In this document: one piece after another, positions 59,950 to 64,000 of the stretch | Layout: every line of letters begins with the position of its first letter | How positions within the stretch are numbered: position 1 is the stretch's first letter | Made by a program: the position numbers and the translations under genes | Notes under the pieces: model-generated | Seen by the model: only the letters and a program-made list of their open reading frames with translations | Databases searched by the model: none | Told to the model about the DNA's origin: nothing | Origin: Bilabrum cf. latius | Lineage: Eukaryota | Direction: 5' to 3' | Assembly: GCA_965178125.1 (NCBI GenBank) | Contig: OZ237747.1 | Span: forward strand, 248,001 to 312,000 | DNA length: 64,000 nt

Positions 59950-60789
59950 ATGGCTGCTGTATCGTCTAGTTCCGCCAAGGCATCCGCGAAAGTTATGCGA
60001 AGGGCGCTGATTACTGGTGCAAATCGGGGCATTGGTCTGGACACCGCACGGAAGCTCGCAGTCGCTGGCTGGGAAGTGATCCTTGCAGGACGTTCAAAAG
60101 TGTTCGTGCTAGAGGCAATCAAAACGTTGGAGGATGCGGCAAGCACTCCTATCCGTGTCAAGCCTCTCGTTCTTGACGTGGCGGACAAGGATTCAATTGC
60201 CACGTCGCTTGGCGGAATCAAGTTAGACTGCGTGATTAACAACGCCGGTATATACGAAGATGGTTGGGATGCATCACTATGGAGACGTACCATGCAGACA
60301 AACACGCTGGGGCCGATGAGGGTGATTTCTGCGTGTGCTGATGGGATGGCCAAGGACGGACTTTTTGTGAACGTTTCGAGCGGCTACGGCGCGGACAGTG
60401 AATGCCCCAGCGCAAAATACCTGAGCCGCGTAGCTGCTTGCAAGACCTATGATGATATCGTTTCGTTTGCAGAGAGCAGCTTCGATCCGGAAGAGCCCAG
60501 CAAGGCCGAGTATGTGCCCATCTACAAGCTGAGCAAGAACGCGCTCAATCGCGCCACCAAGCTGTACGCAAGCGACCCAACCCTGCGGTCGAAAGGAGTG
60601 GCTACTGTAGCGTGCTGTCCGGGTTGGGTTAGAACCCGCATGGGGGGCAGCTCCGCGTCTCGTTCTGTGGACGAAGGGTCGGCCAGCGTGGTCGCATGCG
60701 TTGAGCTGCACTTTGAGGCCATCGACAGCGGGGCTGCCTCTCCAGTGAATGGGAAGTTCATGCGAGATGGAAAGGAACTTCGTTGGTAA
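59950..60789 (+). CDS. Short-chain dehydrogenase/reductase (carbonyl reductase-like)
   Basis: TGANRGIG, INNAG, NVSS, YKLSK, CPGWVRTRMGG and the typical terminus GKFMRDGKELRW followed by TAA. Confidence 0.92.
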   Translation: MAAVSSSSAKASAKVMRRALITGANRGIGLDTARKLAVAGWEVILAGRSKVFVLEAIKTLEDAASTPIRVKPLVLDVADKDSIATSLGGIKLDCVINNAGIYEDGWDASLWRRTMQTNTLGPMRVISACADGMAKDGLFVNVSSGYGADSECPSAKYLSRVAACKTYDDIVSFAESSFDPEEPSKAEYVPIYKLSKNALNRATKLYASDPTLRSKGVATVACCPGWVRTRMGGSSASRSVDEGSASVVACVELHFEAIDSGAASPVNGKFMRDGKELRW

Positions 60790-60892
60790 AGCGATATGAT
60801 TTTCGTAAATTTTAGTCGTTTGTACGATCGCAGCAATATGTCGCACCGCTGCGCTGCACCCCTCTCTCTCCCTTGTGCCGTGAATGTTGCGA

Positions 60893-63800
60893 TCACTGCC
60901 CCCCGTCGCTACCGTCGTCATCCAGCGAAATCGCAGCAAGTACCTCGGGATCGTAGTCGTTCTCCATGCTGGCAAACCCGACAGATCTTTCGTCTTCGCT
61001 GCACCCCCCATCGCCAGTCGAGCCGTGCTCCTCCTCGCCGCAGCCACTGACCATGGCGCTTGACGCCCCGACAGCTGCAGCCGGCTGTTGCGCTCCCACC
61101 CTCTTATTCTCAGACCTCAGTAGGCAAATGATCTTTCCATGCACTCCTGTAGCATGCCGGATAGCCATTCCATTGTAGTTCGCAAGTACGCTGCGCACAG
61201 ACGACGCGATTGGCCAGTTCGCCAGCTCTTGCTCGAAAGCATGCATCACTGCCAGTGCCGATGGCTGCTCGTGCATTGACAGCGAACTGATCGCCAATGA
61301 TTTGCGGCGCGCCAGTCCCCGGGCATCGGCTGCGGGTATGCCGAGCACTAGGGCGTGCAGCACAATTCCAATCGGGCCGAGCGCCGCGCGCGCATTTGAC
61401 AACCTGGCCCACTGCCCTGCAAGATCCTGCTTTCCGCTTGCGCTACGTGCAACTGCCTGCATCAGATCCCCTAGGTATTGCTGCAACTGCTCGTTCCGCA
61501 ATGATGCTAGCTTGGGGAATACGCTAGCGTGGCCCGCGTGCTCCGTAACGGAACCAAGCAGCCCAATCGGGGTCTCGGGTTCACCAGCCGACCTGCACAG
61601 TGCCATTAACACAGCCGATGCTGGCTCTACCGAGCACATGCATGAGTCTCCATGGGCCACTTCTAGAGGAAAAGCGAACGTTTCTTGGCATATCTTCTCT
61701 CTTAATTCTGCTGCTCGAATACAGCCAAGTGCACGAGCCACCACCTCGCGTAGCCGTGTCCAAGCAGACGGCCGCAGATCGCCTTCCACATCCGGCACCG
61801 CTCGCACCATCACTGCTACTGGAGATCCTACGGCCTCTTTACGGCTTGCACGATCGCGCGTTGTTCTTCGGAGGATTAGTTGCCCCGACACGGCAGCCCG
61901 CGCTTCGAGAGCCATCGCTGCCGCAGTCTCCGCCCGCACCTAGCCCATGGCTGACGAGTCGCTCGCCTGGACGACTTGGCTTCTTGTCGACGATGAAGAC
62001 GATGAGGAGGATGCGGATAGTGGTGACGAGGATGCATCGCGCTGTAGCTGCGATGCAGCTGCTCGAGTCACCGATTCGACGGCACATTGGGATGCGCAGT
62101 GGAGCAGCAAGACACGCTCCACATCGCTCAGGCTCGCAGTGGCAGCCACCTCCTCGGCAATCTGTGCGCACCAAACCTGAGAATAGACCATTGGATCGCA
62201 CTAAACAGTACCGCTAATGCTATCATATGCCTGCTGTGCCATTTCCCGAAGGACGCAGGGAATGGCTTGCAGAGACACTCCCGCATTGGCCTGGCCGACC
62301 AAACTTGTGCGGTTCAGAGCCACGCCTGCGACGCTCCATGGCAGCAAGTCTCCTACTGATGCTGCAAAGTCGACACACTGCGCGGTTTGCATTTGATCTA
62401 ATGCGAGAGCTGCATAACGGACAAACAGCTTCGGGCCGACCTAGCACAGACTTCGATTCAACTTGCTGCCCCCCTGTTTCTGGCTCATCTCCAAAACGTT
62501 GCTTCCTAGCAAGGAACCAAACGACACTGCAACTAGACTCACTGCAAGGCTCGCAATGTCATTGTCGTGGGAGTGCTCACTTGGGACTAGGTCCAGCGCC
62601 AGGACTTCTCGAGCGGAAGCGGAAATCGCGCCTCGATCCGCGCTTGTGGCGTCAGGCCTCCTTGCGAGCACTTGCGCCAGAATCATCCATGATAGCCTAG
62701 CTAGTAGTGCGCGCCGATGCGGCAATCCGTCATAGGCGGCTGTTGCGCCAAGGCAGACACGTCGGCACAGGCTGACCAGTCCTTGCCCAGTCTCCTAGAG
62801 GTGGCCATGCAGGGCCACGTCGACGACAGTCTGCACCATGGAACGACCCAATCGCGTGCAAAGCAGCTCCATTCCGCTAGTAGAGTCTGCGTACACACAA
62901 ATTTCTCCGGCAACTAGTTCTAGAGCTCGCACACCTCGTTCATTTGCCAGCATCTCGTTGGTCTGCTCCTGAATGAAGCCACTCACCGCAAGACAGCACG
63001 CGCTGACTACCGCGGCCCTCACCTCGTCTCGAGGGAGCTGGCTGCACATTCTGCCCCTCTGGTGGGCTACTACAGATGCTACGAGGGCGAGCTCGGGGAG
63101 AGATGTGGCTTCGAGCCCAAGAAAAAGCCCGAGTATTTCGCGCACCTGCTCGAACTGCTTCCAGGTGTGGCTCGAAGTGGATCGAAGCTCGCTCTGAAAC
63201 CGCCTCGACTGAACCAGTAGGGTCGCGCTTGCACTACTTGTCTCGAAATCACCCTTGCCTTGCAGCATGACTGCCTTGGGTCTCTGCTAAAGGATCGCAA
63301 GGAACATCAAGGCCGCCTCCCGCAGGTCGTCCACCTCTGTGGTTGACAGCCGCTCGGCAGACTTCAGGCATTTCAATGACAACCGCAAGATGTCCGTCAC
63401 GAGGAGGAGCTGTGATTGCGTCCAAAGAAGCCTTGGCAACGCCAAGCATCCCATTAGATGCTTGAGGGAGCCAGCAGCAATGCGAGACATGGTGGAGCTC
63501 CACACTGCACCAGTTGCTCTGTCATCGTGCTCACCTAGGGACACCAGCATGACTCGAAGCAGCTTTCTCCCCCGTACCATCGATTGCCGAACAACGGTCT
63601 CTTTGTCGTGAATGGGCTAAAGATCATGCGCTGTTTGTGCAGCAGCACCCTGCCGTGAGCTGCTGGTGAACGCTAGCCCAATGCTGGCTGCCTGTAGCGA
63701 CATTCCCACGTCCTTTACAGCCCTAGCACAGCCTTGGCTAGGACTTCTTGCGAAGTGCTCTATCAGTAAATGTAGTATTTGCTCATTGTCGTGGTCGAGC

Positions 63801-64000
63801 CGATTGGCACACGCCCTCCCGCGCCATGGGTGCCAGCCCAATGCAGTGCTGTCGTCCACACTGAGACTCCCAGGCGCAGAAGCATCCCAGCGCTCCTGCA
63901 AGGGCCAGCTTGACTCTGCAGCCCCTCCAATTGATAAATGTAAAGCAGCCATTGCGGTTCTGGTCTTAAGTGCTTGGCTCGTGGTGTCCGTGACGGACTG
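60893..64000 (-). CDS. 3' part of a large uncharacterised helical protein, 5'-truncated by the window edge; at least 6 in-frame TAG
   Basis: Seven ORF-track fragments (63617, 63287, 62795, 62441, 62201, 61940, 60893) share one frame, joined by TAG. Open to base 64000; ends in TGA. Confidence 0.7.

Noticed and set aside
2-64000. Interpreting the many TAG-interrupted genes as pseudogenes or sequencing errors
   Set aside because: The interruptions are exclusively TAG, never TAA, TGA or frameshifts. They affect essential housekeeping genes and are conserved among paralogous copies.

Overview
This is a compact, GC-rich eukaryotic nuclear locus, probably from a flagellated protist (dynein light chain and DZIP1-like genes; lineage not provable here). 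It has short GT-AG introns and about 22 protein-coding genes or gene ends. Main result: the window uses a non-standard genetic code. In-frame TAG occurs dozens of times inside conserved domains and inside poly-Gln runs (UAG = Gln), while every gene I could reconstruct ends in TGA or TAA. The supplied ORF track therefore fragments most genes and misses some. Re-read with UAG=Gln, the window encodes: SLC35B1- and SLC35D-type nucleotide-sugar transporters, an LC8-type dynein light chain, Rab7- and Rab5-like GTPases, C1D, a JmjC protein, a ~2240-aa DZIP1-like protein, a Nup107-like nucleoporin, a PDK/BCKDK-like kinase, a DUF1853-like protein, an EF-hand protein, RecX, a C2-WW-PDZ-WW protein, CLPTM1 and an SDR. 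Second result: 15-39 kb is a four-unit tandem amplification of a SIM/NLS-bearing C2H2 zinc-finger gene. Its 87-bp finger minisatellite (14, 13, 6 and 13 fingers) varies mainly at the DNA-contacting helix positions, as in PRDM9. It is co-amplified with 5'-truncated Nup107-like fragments and has been hit three times by a ~0.6 kb non-coding mobile element. All coordinates and family calls were derived by manual reading, without database searches.
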